Source of the DNA: Bacteroidia bacterium
GTDB lineage: Bacteria > Bacteroidota > Bacteroidia > NS11-12g > UBA9320
DNA length: 64,000 bases
Assembly (NCBI GenBank): GCA_028247315.1
Contig: JAOKFZ010000002.1
Span: 18,438-82,437, forward strand
Direction of reading: 5' to 3'
The notes below the pieces were generated by a model. It did not search any database, was not told the DNA's origin, and was given only the letters and a program-made list of their open reading frames with translations. Of the stretch, positions 39,640-49,104 are shown one piece after another. Within the stretch, counting starts at the first letter, position 1. Each line of letters begins with the position of its first letter. The translations under genes and the position numbers were made by a program.

Positions 39640-41688
39640 TTGCCACGTCAAAAACACATATTACTTTTATTTCTCCTGTTGGGTGCTCAACAACTTGTCT
39701 TAGGACAGAGTTATTTTGCGAATGGAGATGCACGGGCACTGGCGGGATCCACTTGTTATGAACTTACTTCTGCGACCAACTGGCAAAACGGTTCTGTTTG
39801 GTACACTGATAAGTTGGATCTATCCAAAGATTTTGATTTAGAATTTGAGTTGAATTTTGGGAATAAAGACGCAGGAGGAGCTGATGGTATTGTATTTGTA
39901 ATGCAAACCGTAGGAAATCAAGCCTTGGGCCTAGATGGTGGGGGGATTGGTTTTGAAGGCTTCTCTCCAAGTATAGGCATTGAGTTTGATGTTTGGCAAA
40001 ATGCGAATACGACGGATATCGCCAATGACCATATTGCTATCGTAAAGAATGGCAGTTTAAACCACACTGGTGTGAATTCAATATCCACTCCTGTTCCTGC
40101 TCTTATAGGTGGAGGCAATATAGAAGATGGACTAAATCATCAAGTAAGGATTACATGGGTAGCATCTTCAAACCTACTCGAAGTTTGGTTTGATTGTGAC
40201 AAGAGACAGAGCACCACGGTTGATATTCAGAATTCTATTTTTGGTGGACAGGATAAGGTGTTTTGGGGATTTACTTCCGCTACAGGAGGGTCTAACAATA
40301 GACAAGTCGCTTGCTTAAGAGATGACATTTTAGTTCAAGATACATTTACGTTGTGCAAAGGGGAGAGTATTTTACTCAATGCAAAAGAAAGTTTTAATGG
40401 TACTTATGCATGGACTCCTATAAATTTTTTGGATGACCCTACGAGTAGAACACCTGAATGTACGAGTGTAGTACCCCAGACCTACTTTGTAGCGTATAAT
40501 GATAGATGCAACAATACTTTTCGCGATACTGTACAGGTTACTATTGATGAGCCTTTTATCATGGATGAAGGGAAAGACACTCTGCTGTGCGATGGACGCT
40601 TATACGCATTTGACTTACGCAATGATTATGACAGTGTCTTGTGGAATAATGGACTGCGTGTAGCCCGTATTTCGTGGCAGACTGCCGGGTTCTACCAACT
40701 CAGAGCCTGGAAAGGAGTCTGTTATGACGATGATTCTTTCACTATTCGTACGGACGTTATTCCTACTATTGATATCAGTGGTGATACCCTGTTTTGTGAA
40801 GGTGAGCAAACCGAAGTGGGGTTAAATATAGCTCCTAGGAGTGCTTCTTTTGTGTGGCAAGACGCAAATAAGGATACCGTACGTATTTTTGATGAGACTG
40901 CAGCACTAGAAATTACTGCAGAGAACGATTGCGGTAACACAAAGGCTAATTACCATGTGCGAGAGATATTTCTGCCCCCATTGGATTTAGGTAAAGATTC
41001 GACGCTATGTGAGGGAGATACTATTGTACTTGCAGCTCCTATGCAGTCTAATTTAGTTTATAAATGGAGTACAGGAGCCGTGACTAATTCTGTATCGGTT
41101 ACGGATCCAGGAGAATATTCAGTGGTGATAAGTGAAGCAGATTTATGTTTTTATCGTGACACGGTTGGCCTTACTGGAATTCCCTTTCCCAGTATAGGGT
41201 TGGTTGAGGATGTTTTGCTTTGTAGAAACGAAGAAATAGTATTAACAGTAGATAATGAGTTTGGAGAGGTGCTATGGGATAATGCAATATCTAGCGAGCG
41301 TTTTTTATTGAAAAATAGAGAAGGAATCCTGAGTGTAAAATCTGTAAACCAATGCGGTGCAGATAGTACAAATTTATTTGTGAATCTTATTGACTGCTAC
41401 TGCCGTTTGTGGTTACCCAATGCCATTACCGTAAACAATGATAATCTGAATGAAACACTGCGTCCCACGTTAGATTGCCCAAAACTGAAGTCGTACAACC
41501 TGAAAGTTTACAATCGTTGGGGTGAGCAGTTGTGGGAGAGTAGCAATAAGAATGAAGAATGGGATGCCATCTACAAAGGTGAACCTGTGCAAGCGGGTGT
41601 CTACTTCTGGATCGTTAACTGGAGAGGTATAGTCAATGGCCAGTTGGAGCGATTTGATGACAAAGGAGTTCTTCATGTTATACGCTAG
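39640..41688 (+). CDS. T9SS type-B CTD protein with an N-terminal L-type lectin-like domain and four Ig-like D[TS]xLC.G repeats; a paralogue of 35845..37257
   Basis: The N-terminal ~230 aa align closely to the first lectin protein. The middle has repeated ~70-aa modules (DTLLCDG.., DTLFCEG.., DSTLCEGD.., DVLLCRNE..). The C-terminus has the same type-B CTD (..NRWGEQLWES..WDA..AGVYFW). Confidence 0.7.
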   Translation: MPRQKHILLLFLLLGAQQLVLGQSYFANGDARALAGSTCYELTSATNWQNGSVWYTDKLDLSKDFDLEFELNFGNKDAGGADGIVFVMQTVGNQALGLDGGGIGFEGFSPSIGIEFDVWQNANTTDIANDHIAIVKNGSLNHTGVNSISTPVPALIGGGNIEDGLNHQVRITWVASSNLLEVWFDCDKRQSTTVDIQNSIFGGQDKVFWGFTSATGGSNNRQVACLRDDILVQDTFTLCKGESILLNAKESFNGTYAWTPINFLDDPTSRTPECTSVVPQTYFVAYNDRCNNTFRDTVQVTIDEPFIMDEGKDTLLCDGRLYAFDLRNDYDSVLWNNGLRVARISWQTAGFYQLRAWKGVCYDDDSFTIRTDVIPTIDISGDTLFCEGEQTEVGLNIAPRSASFVWQDANKDTVRIFDETAALEITAENDCGNTKANYHVREIFLPPLDLGKDSTLCEGDTIVLAAPMQSNLVYKWSTGAVTNSVSVTDPGEYSVVISEADLCFYRDTVGLTGIPFPSIGLVEDVLLCRNEEIVLTVDNEFGEVLWDNAISSERFLLKNREGILSVKSVNQCGADSTNLFVNLIDCYCRLWLPNAITVNNDNLNETLRPTLDCPKLKSYNLKVYNRWGEQLWESSNKNEEWDAIYKGEPVQAGVYFWIVNWRGIVNGQLERFDDKGVLHVIR

Positions 41689-41924
41689 AGAGCTGTTTTA
41701 AGTTGCAAGGCGTAGTCTACCAGGCAATGTACTCATATACGTATTTCAAATCATCAAAGACGCCTAACTTACGCAGTACTTGCTTTACTCATACGAGCAT
41801 ACATTGTTTAAACTACTTTCTTTACTTACTTCGTGCCGTGCTTAGTCACCCATCTTAAATCTATTGGCAAAATGTATCATTTTGTCGCATAGCCAGTAAT
41901 GAAAACATAACTCGGTCTATTATC

Positions 41925-41962
41925 AAAAAAGGCCATTCTGTAGATACAGAATGGCCTTTTTT
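41925..41962. terminator. Bidirectional rho-independent terminator (aaaaaaggccattctgta..tacagaatggcctttttt)
   Basis: 10-12 bp perfect stem flanked by A6/T6. Confidence 0.7.
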
Positions 41963-41984
41963 ATTCACTATATGTATTGATGTT

Positions 41985-42224
41985 TTATTCTTCCTCAGAA
42001 GATTCTTCTTTAGCTGGAGCTTTCTTAGCAGCTGGCTTAGAGCTACCTTTTAATACTTCTGCTACATCACCAACTATAACACCAGATTCTTCTTTGAAAG
42101 GAGATTCTACTGTTATTTTAGTTTTTAGGCGTTTTATGGTTGCTACACGTACCTTAGCTACCGTTTTATTTTTTCTTCCTTTTCGTTCTAATCTTGTTAC
42201 TCCCATTGCTAAAAATTTTTGCAA
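41985..42224 (-). CDS. Small Lys-rich protein with an acidic C-terminal tail, possibly DUF4295-like
   Basis: 79 aa (..KTVAKVRVATIKRLKTKITVESPFKEESGVI..KKAPAKEESSEEE), followed on its strand by a strong terminator. The ORF antisense to it (41977..42249, +) is probably spurious. Confidence 0.4.
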   Translation of the reverse strand: MQKFLAMGVTRLERKGRKNKTVAKVRVATIKRLKTKITVESPFKEESGVIVGDVAEVLKGSSKPAAKKAPAKEESSEEE

Positions 42225-42254
42225 AAGTAATACATTTACACTTCTTTAAAGGAT

Positions 42255-42839
42255 ATGATAAGAAAATTTTTCAGTGATGGAATTCCATCGTTTTTTAATG
42301 ACTACGATACAGGTGCTCCGTTCACCAGATGTACCTTCTGTGACGGTGGGCTGGCCACTAAAAGTAAATATGCGATTGAGAAAATGATAAACCAAAACAT
42401 CGTACTACAAAGTAGGGAGATAGTTTACGAGTATGCTTTATGCTGGGACTGTGCCACAACTATGGGTAGCGAGATAAGTGATGATAGCAAGGAGGCTATA
42501 CAAGGGCTATATAATGAGCATAGGGAGACTGTAATGCGTAAGTTGGACTATCTTCATAGCACAGAGAAGTATAGCCTAGAAAGCTGGCTAGAGCGTTGCT
42601 CACTTACAGGCAAAGAAATAAGACTTTGTGGCGAGTTTTCTGTAAGTGGAATAGTAGAAGGAGGGAATCTCGTCTATGAGCAGTCGCCGATAGTGGTGTC
42701 TGACGAATTCATGTACAAACTGCAACAGGTTTTATCTAAAGAAACAAAAGAAGGCTTTGACGGGTTGCGAGATAAGATCATGGATGGCTCACCATCAATA
42801 GAAGACCTTGTTTTTGGACCTGTTCCTGGATTGATGTAA
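42255..42839 (+). CDS. Hypothetical protein with a CxxC…CxxC zinc-ribbon-like N-terminus
   Basis: 194 aa with CTFCDGG …21 aa… CWDCATT, plus a second Cys pair C..x9..C. Insulated by terminators on both sides. Confidence 0.45.
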   Translation: MIRKFFSDGIPSFFNDYDTGAPFTRCTFCDGGLATKSKYAIEKMINQNIVLQSREIVYEYALCWDCATTMGSEISDDSKEAIQGLYNEHRETVMRKLDYLHSTEKYSLESWLERCSLTGKEIRLCGEFSVSGIVEGGNLVYEQSPIVVSDEFMYKLQQVLSKETKEGFDGLRDKIMDGSPSIEDLVFGPVPGLM

Positions 42840-42859
42840 GAATCTAAACTATGAAGCAT

Positions 42860-42894
42860 AAAAAAAGCCTTGAACACATATTCAAGGCTTTTTA
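42860..42894. terminator. Bidirectional rho-independent terminator (aaaaaaagccttgaa..ttcaaggcttttt)
   Basis: 10-bp perfect stem flanked by A7/T5. Confidence 0.7.
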
Positions 42895-42910
42895 AGATTA
42901 TTCAGATAAA

Positions 42911-44236
42911 TTAATCCGTGATAGTAATTTTCTTGGCAACAACAGAACTACCGGCTTTCACAGAATATATATACATACCTGCTGATAAGCCCAATATATT
43001 TAGATCCACTTTGTGCTCACCGCCTGAGTAGTATCCGTTTACTACTTCTTTTACCTTATTACCCAATAAGTCATATATTTCTATTGTTACGTCAGAGCCG
43101 TTTATTAAGTTAAAATCAGCCTTTAACGTTTCTGAACTGGATACTGGATTAGGATATACGCCAAATGTTACGTTGTCATTTAAATCCTCAGTACCAAGAG
43201 TGCTTGTAGTGATGTGAAAGGCGTAATTTACATATCTGTCATCGAAGTAGGCATTACCCGCAACACTATTCCGCCAACCATTTTGATTCCCACCAACAGC
43301 TATAGTGTTTGGTACCCACCAAGAATTGTTGATATACTTTGTCTGTTTCACCTGCACAGAAGAGTTCGAAAAAAAGGAGTGACCAAAGTAGTTTAATTTG
43401 TTTGTTATTTCAGCACCATTTCTAGCTTCCATAGTGTCTCCAAAGTCATAATCTAACATGGTTTTGTACGATATACTGAAACCAACTGCATTTGTAAATG
43501 CGAGAGCTTCTGTAGCTGCATCAGAATCAATGTCAAACCCCATTGGTAAAGCTACTACACGGTTTCTAGACCCCCAACCTTCTGCAGATGGTCTAGCTGT
43601 ACTGTCTACTCCTCTTAGAGGAATTTTAATCTCATAAGAGGTATTGTTAGAACCCAGTAGAGATGGAGTCCAGTTGTCTGGCTTCATGTACAATTCTGGA
43701 TCTTCATTTGTTGGAGTAAAAGAACTACTTTCAAGGTTTTCGGATTTAAAGAATTGTACAATTAATGTGTCTACAACTTCTGTCATGCTTCCTGCTACAT
43801 CCATCGAGTCTACATATCTCACATACAAATATGGGAAGTAAAGCGAATCTACCGTGTACTCGTTGTATCTAGACAGTCTAACGTTATCATCAGACAACTC
43901 AATATTTTCGTCGTTAGGAGTGAATGCCGCTCCTACTGAAGTCCAAGTATTAAATCTAGCGGTACCCTCGGCAGAAATGAATTGTACTGTTGAGTCTTGA
44001 AATAGGAAATTTACATATCGGTCTAAACTTGCAAGTTGCTCTATAGCATCTACCGGAAACTTCCAGTTGCTATAGTTTGCTTTCATTTTGGCGTTGCTTT
44101 TTACCTGAACATCAGTTACGATTTCCGTCCCCAATATTCCTTTTGCTCTTACTTCACTCTGAGCTTTAGCTTGGAGTGAGAAGCCAGCAACTATCAGACT
44201 TACTAGTGCGATTTTTTGTAATTGTTTTTTCATCAT
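42911..44236 (-). CDS. T9SS type-A C-terminal sorting domain (Por_Secre_tail) secreted protein, function unknown
   Basis: Signal peptide (..SLQAKAQ) and a C-terminal ~80 aa block (YPNPVSS..TIEIYDLLGNKV..GMYIYSVKAG..) typical of TIGR04183-type CTDs. Confidence 0.65.
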   Translation of the reverse strand: MMKKQLQKIALVSLIVAGFSLQAKAQSEVRAKGILGTEIVTDVQVKSNAKMKANYSNWKFPVDAIEQLASLDRYVNFLFQDSTVQFISAEGTARFNTWTSVGAAFTPNDENIELSDDNVRLSRYNEYTVDSLYFPYLYVRYVDSMDVAGSMTEVVDTLIVQFFKSENLESSSFTPTNEDPELYMKPDNWTPSLLGSNNTSYEIKIPLRGVDSTARPSAEGWGSRNRVVALPMGFDIDSDAATEALAFTNAVGFSISYKTMLDYDFGDTMEARNGAEITNKLNYFGHSFFSNSSVQVKQTKYINNSWWVPNTIAVGGNQNGWRNSVAGNAYFDDRYVNYAFHITTSTLGTEDLNDNVTFGVYPNPVSSSETLKADFNLINGSDVTIEIYDLLGNKVKEVVNGYYSGGEHKVDLNILGLSAGMYIYSVKAGSSVVAKKITITD

Positions 44237-44333
44237 GTTATTTGATATTAGATTAATATTTTTCAAAAATAATTGTTTCTTCAAACTTACGATAGATAAA
44301 GTTAACTTATTGTCAGTCTTTGGTAAGAAAATG

Positions 44334-45011
44334 TCACGTTATGTCACCATCCATTGGCCTTACTAGAATTTCTTCCATTACCGTAGTGTCGGGCAATTGA
44401 TAGGCGGCCCATATTAGTTGAGCAACGGATTGTGGATCGCTAAAACGCTTTTTTGGTAAATCCGTGCCTGCCCAAGAATTGGTAAGGGTAGCTCCGGGCA
44501 TTACTGCACTTACCTTTATTTTATCCTGTTTTAGCTCCTCTCTCAGTACCTTTGTAAATCCTAGTTGTGCGTATTTACTGATACAATACGACCCGCCATT
44601 CATGTATGGCGTGATACTGGCTGTAGAGCATATGTTGAATATATAGGGTTTGTTTGACGTCCTCACATGCTCTATAGTGGCACGTGTAAGGTGATAAGTG
44701 CTAGCTAAATTGGTGTTTATTTGTGTTTCAAAGCAGCCATCTTCTTCGTCAATTAGGCTGCCTGGTATGAAAACACCCACATTGTTTACCAATACATCGA
44801 TTGTATTCACTTGGCCCTTTACAAAGCTCGCAAATGCCAATACACCTTCTTTGGTAGAAAGATCCGCAATGCACTGAACTAAGTTTTCATGTACAAAGTC
44901 TATGGCCTCGTTACGAGCAGATATAAATACCTTAAAATCTTGGCTTAGGAATAATTCTGCAATTGCTCTTCCTATTCCTTTTGTTCCTCCGCTTACTACT
45001 GCTACCCTCAT
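44334..45011 (-). CDS. SDR-family short-chain dehydrogenase/reductase
   Basis: N-terminal GGTKGIG cofactor motif and a catalytic YxxxK (YCISK). Confidence 0.85.
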   Translation of the reverse strand: MRVAVVSGGTKGIGRAIAELFLSQDFKVFISARNEAIDFVHENLVQCIADLSTKEGVLAFASFVKGQVNTIDVLVNNVGVFIPGSLIDEEDGCFETQINTNLASTYHLTRATIEHVRTSNKPYIFNICSTASITPYMNGGSYCISKYAQLGFTKVLREELKQDKIKVSAVMPGATLTNSWAGTDLPKKRFSDPQSVAQLIWAAYQLPDTTVMEEILVRPMDGDIT

Positions 45012-45060
45012 TTTGGTTGTGTTCTTACTACAAATGTAGGTGCTATTTGTGTTTCTTTAG

Positions 45061-45879
45061 TTGGTTTTACATCGAGTTATAGACAAGCTGTGGACTTTTT
45101 ATTTAGTGCAGAAATTTGAAGACATTATCTTTACACCCGATATGTCGTTTTTCTATCATTTCGGAAAATACCTACTCTTTCTCAAAGGTATGTTTAGCAA
45201 GCCAGAGAAATTGAGTGTTTATATAGACCGTACTATTACAGAGATGAATAATATAGGAGTTGGTTCTCTTGCTATTGTTGTTATTATAGCAATTTTCCAA
45301 GGTGCGGTTACTACGTTACAAATTGCGTATCAGCTTATTTCTCCGCTCATATCTAAGCCAGTAATTGGCAGTATTGTAAGCGATAGTAGTATGCTAGAAC
45401 TAGCACCGACTATTACGTGTCTTGTTTTAGCTGGCAAAGTGGGTTCTCATATTGCTTCAGAAATCGGAACAATGCGTGTAAGTGAGCAGGTTGATGCTTT
45501 AGAAGTCATGGGTATAAACTCGAGTGGTTACCTAGCACTACCCAAGATAGTTGGTGGTCTTGTTATGATTCCTCTTCTGGTAGTTATTTCTATTTTTTTA
45601 AGTAACCTAGGTGGGATTATTGCAGGAGAAGCTTCTGGGATTCTTACATCCGAAGAATATTTGCAAGGAGCAAGAGAATCGTTTTTACCCTACAACTTGT
45701 TCTTTGCACTTGTAAAAGCTTTTACGTATGCTTTTATTATTACTTCGGTATCTGCTTTTCAAGGATATACCACCAATGGTGGTGCTTTAGAGGTTGGGGC
45801 TAGTAGTACCAAAGCAGTTGTTTATAGTGCGGTGGCCATATTGTTTTCAGATTATCTATTGGCTCAGTTAATGTTATGA
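45061..45879 (+). CDS. ABC transporter permease, MlaE/YrbE family
   Basis: MlaE-like TM pattern. The true start is possibly the internal Met. Confidence 0.75.
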   Translation: MVLHRVIDKLWTFYLVQKFEDIIFTPDMSFFYHFGKYLLFLKGMFSKPEKLSVYIDRTITEMNNIGVGSLAIVVIIAIFQGAVTTLQIAYQLISPLISKPVIGSIVSDSSMLELAPTITCLVLAGKVGSHIASEIGTMRVSEQVDALEVMGINSSGYLALPKIVGGLVMIPLLVVISIFLSNLGGIIAGEASGILTSEEYLQGARESFLPYNLFFALVKAFTYAFIITSVSAFQGYTTNGGALEVGASSTKAVVYSAVAILFSDYLLAQLML

Positions 45880-46607
45880 TAGAATTAAGAGATGTAAGAA
45901 AGTCGTTTGAAGGGGTAGAGGTACTCCAAGGTATAACTACTAAGTTTGAAACAGGAAAGGTAAATCTAGTAATAGGTAGTAGTGGTCACGGTAAGAGTGT
46001 CATGATGAAGTGTATGGTAGGCCTTCTGAATCCTACAAGTGGCAATGTATTCTATGATGATCGCGACTTTACAAATTTAGAATACAATAAGCTTCGTGAA
46101 GTACGAAAGGAGATAGGAATGCTTTTTCAAGGTACTGCATTGTTTGACTCACTAACTGTAGAAGAAAATGTAGAATTCACGCTTAAAATGTTTACTAACA
46201 TGACTAAGGCAGAACGTAGAGATCGTGTTAATTTTTGCCTGGAGCAGGTAGATATGATTGGTATCAACAGCAAGTTTCCAGCAGAGATAAGTGGAGGAAT
46301 GAAAAAGAGGGTAGGTATAGCCAGAGCAATCGCTTTGGACATTAAATACCTTTTTTGTGATGAGCCCAATTCCGGTCTAGATCCAGTAACAAGTAGGCTT
46401 ATAGATGAGCTACTAAAACAAATTACCGAAGAATTTAATATAACAACTATAATAAATACTCACGATATGAAAACCGTGTTTGATATTGGTGATGATGTAA
46501 TATTTATACACAAGGGGGTGAATGAATGGAGCGGAAAAGTCAACGATATTAAGGATAGCGGTAACGAGATGCTTACAAATTTTATCAAAGCCTCATTTTT
46601 CGATTAG
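45876..46607 (+). CDS. ABC transporter ATP-binding protein, MlaF-like
   Basis: Walker A GSSGHGKS, signature ISGGMKKR and Walker B LFCDEPNSGLD. Overlaps mlaE by 4 bp. Confidence 0.85.
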   Translation: MIELRDVRKSFEGVEVLQGITTKFETGKVNLVIGSSGHGKSVMMKCMVGLLNPTSGNVFYDDRDFTNLEYNKLREVRKEIGMLFQGTALFDSLTVEENVEFTLKMFTNMTKAERRDRVNFCLEQVDMIGINSKFPAEISGGMKKRVGIARAIALDIKYLFCDEPNSGLDPVTSRLIDELLKQITEEFNITTIINTHDMKTVFDIGDDVIFIHKGVNEWSGKVNDIKDSGNEMLTNFIKASFFD

Positions 46608-46641
46608 AAACAAATTTACAACAACTCTTTAGCTGAATAAT

Positions 46642-48759
46642 ATGAAAAAAATAGTCCTTTTAATGCTCCTATCTGGCTCACTGTTCTCGTTTATTAATAT
46701 GGTGGATGAAGAGGGAATATTCCCGATGAGTGATCTTTCTAAACTTGACTTGAAAAAAGCGGGATTAGAGATTCATGTAAATGACATTTACAATGAGTCC
46801 AGACCTGCCTTGGTAAATGCACTAGTGAGACTCGGAGGATGTACTGGTTCTTTTATTTCAGAGACGGGACTTATCATTACAAACCATCATTGTGTGTTTA
46901 GTCAAGTAGCTGCTGCCAGTAGCTCAGAAAACAACTACTTAGAGAACGGTTTCTATGCTAAGGATCAATCTAAGGAGATAAAAACGACTTTACCTTGTAA
47001 GATTACTCAGTCATACTTTGATGTTTCTGCTCTAGTATTGGCAGGTACCAAAGATGATATGGACGCACTAGAACGTAAAAAGACCATAAAAAATAACATT
47101 GCCAAGATAGAAGAACAAGAGCAAAAAAAATATACCAATCTTACAGTAGAAATTTCTGAAATGTTGGTGGGCAAGAAGTATACATTGTTCAGATACAAAA
47201 CCTTAAATGATGTAAGACTTGTTTATGTACCTCCTAAGAATATAGGTAAATTTGGTGGAGAAACAGACAATTGGGAGTGGCCCAGACACAATGCAGACTT
47301 CTCTGTAGTGCGTGCTTATGAAAACGGAGTGCCTTACACACCTGAATCTCACTTAGAAGTAAACCCAAAAGGAACGCAAGAAGGAGACTTTACCTTTATA
47401 CTGGGCTATCCCGGTAGAACATATCGCAATCAAACAGCGGAGTTCTTAGACTATCAGAACAACTATGTATTACCTATCATTTCAAATTGGTTTGATTATA
47501 GAATAGAGGCTACAAAAAAATTCATAGGAGATGATGTGGATTTGCAGCTGGCTTATAGTGGTCGAATAGCTAGTCTGAGTAATACTACCAAGAACTTTAA
47601 GGGCAAAATGCAAGGATTGCAGCGTACAGATGTTATTATGCAAACCTACAAGGATCAGAACAAGTTGCGAGAGTATGCAGAGAGTAATCCTAAGTTAAGC
47701 TCGTATGTGTCTCTATTCGATAAGAATAAAGAACTGTACAAACGCAAGTTTGAGCTCAGTACCGACTACTTGTACCTCAATCAACTCTATGGTAACGGAA
47801 TATTTGCGGGTGTAGCATACACCGCGTTGTATGCAGAGAGAGCAATGGCATCTCAAGATAAAAATGCGTACATAGAAGAGAATAAAGGAACGATACTAAA
47901 AACGCTAGGTAGCTACAGAGGTGTTGTCAATCGTGCGTCGTTGGAGAAGGAACTTTTTATGGAGTTGTTTTATCGTTTGTCTCAAAGTAAACTGCAAGAA
48001 GTAAGAGAAATATTCTATTCAAATACAATAGGGCAAGATAAGGTAGAAATTAAAGCGAATGCAGGGAAACTATGGGAGAGTTCAAAATTGTATGACGTAG
48101 CCAAAGCAACCCGTACAATGAACAGTAACCTCTCCAAGCATTTGAAAACAAAAGGAGATTTAGTGACTATTGCATCTAAAGTGAATAAACTATTTGGTGA
48201 TATGCGAGTGGAAATGAACCAGATTAACGCTGAGATTGATGAGATCATACCCCGTTTCAATGATTTAGAATTGAATCTAAATGGAGGTGAATTTGTTCCA
48301 GATGCTAACGGTACTTTGCGTTTCACTTATGGATATATCAAAGGCTATGAGCCAGAAGATGGTGTGATTATGAGTCCTTTTACCACTATAAAAGGAATTC
48401 TTGAGAAAGCAGAAGGTACTGATAATCCGGACTATTTCTTGCAACAGGAGTACATAGACAAGATGAAAGAAATAGAGCCTGCAGATGTCCTCAAACATCC
48501 TAAGAATGGGGAGGTAGTAGTAGGTTTATTGTACAATATGGATACCACTGGCGGCAATAGTGGCAGTCCTATAATGGACAGTAAAGGTAGAATAGTTGGT
48601 GTTAACTTTGACAGAGCATATACAGCAACAATAAATGACTATGCTTGGAATGAGAGCTATAGCCGAAGCATTGGTGTAGATATTCGCTATGTACTATATG
48701 TAATGAAGTATTTTGGTGAAGCAGATGATGTACTTGCAGAAATGGGAGTAGAGCTATAA
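46642..48759 (+). CDS. S46-family dipeptidyl-peptidase (DPP7/DPP11-like)
   Basis: Signal peptide, a catalytic His region GCTGSFISETGLIITNHHC, and a catalytic Ser region TTGGNSGSPIMD. Confidence 0.85.
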   Translation: MKKIVLLMLLSGSLFSFINMVDEEGIFPMSDLSKLDLKKAGLEIHVNDIYNESRPALVNALVRLGGCTGSFISETGLIITNHHCVFSQVAAASSSENNYLENGFYAKDQSKEIKTTLPCKITQSYFDVSALVLAGTKDDMDALERKKTIKNNIAKIEEQEQKKYTNLTVEISEMLVGKKYTLFRYKTLNDVRLVYVPPKNIGKFGGETDNWEWPRHNADFSVVRAYENGVPYTPESHLEVNPKGTQEGDFTFILGYPGRTYRNQTAEFLDYQNNYVLPIISNWFDYRIEATKKFIGDDVDLQLAYSGRIASLSNTTKNFKGKMQGLQRTDVIMQTYKDQNKLREYAESNPKLSSYVSLFDKNKELYKRKFELSTDYLYLNQLYGNGIFAGVAYTALYAERAMASQDKNAYIEENKGTILKTLGSYRGVVNRASLEKELFMELFYRLSQSKLQEVREIFYSNTIGQDKVEIKANAGKLWESSKLYDVAKATRTMNSNLSKHLKTKGDLVTIASKVNKLFGDMRVEMNQINAEIDEIIPRFNDLELNLNGGEFVPDANGTLRFTYGYIKGYEPEDGVIMSPFTTIKGILEKAEGTDNPDYFLQQEYIDKMKEIEPADVLKHPKNGEVVVGLLYNMDTTGGNSGSPIMDSKGRIVGVNFDRAYTATINDYAWNESYSRSIGVDIRYVLYVMKYFGEADDVLAEMGVEL

Positions 48760-49104
48760 ATTATTCTAAAACAACTGTTTAAGATGGTTGTAATATCCGT
48801 AGCGGTTAGAATATATGAGAATCATTTGGCAAAATTATTAGTGTGACCACTATTTTTATGCAGGTCAACAAGATGGCGAGATAGATTGTGGCTCTAGGTA
48901 GAATGGAGTATCATCCGTATTTAAAGTCGACTGTATGTAATAGAGACTCTATTTTGGTTTAGACGGCTATATTTCGTATTGTTTTTAAGCGAAACATAGT
49001 GATCCAGTAATTTCTTTTCTCAAGTAACTGCACCCTTCTTTTTGGTGGAGTAGAGTAGCATGCGACAAGATAGGAATTCTAGTTGTCCTATGACACAGTG
49101 AGTG

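Noticed and set aside
41977-42249. 90-aa plus-strand ORF (MMFYSSSEDSSLAGAFLAAG...)
   Set aside because: It is the mirror image, antisense, of the terminator-supported Lys-rich minus-strand gene. It has a Ser/Ala-rich low-complexity composition typical of an antisense artefact.
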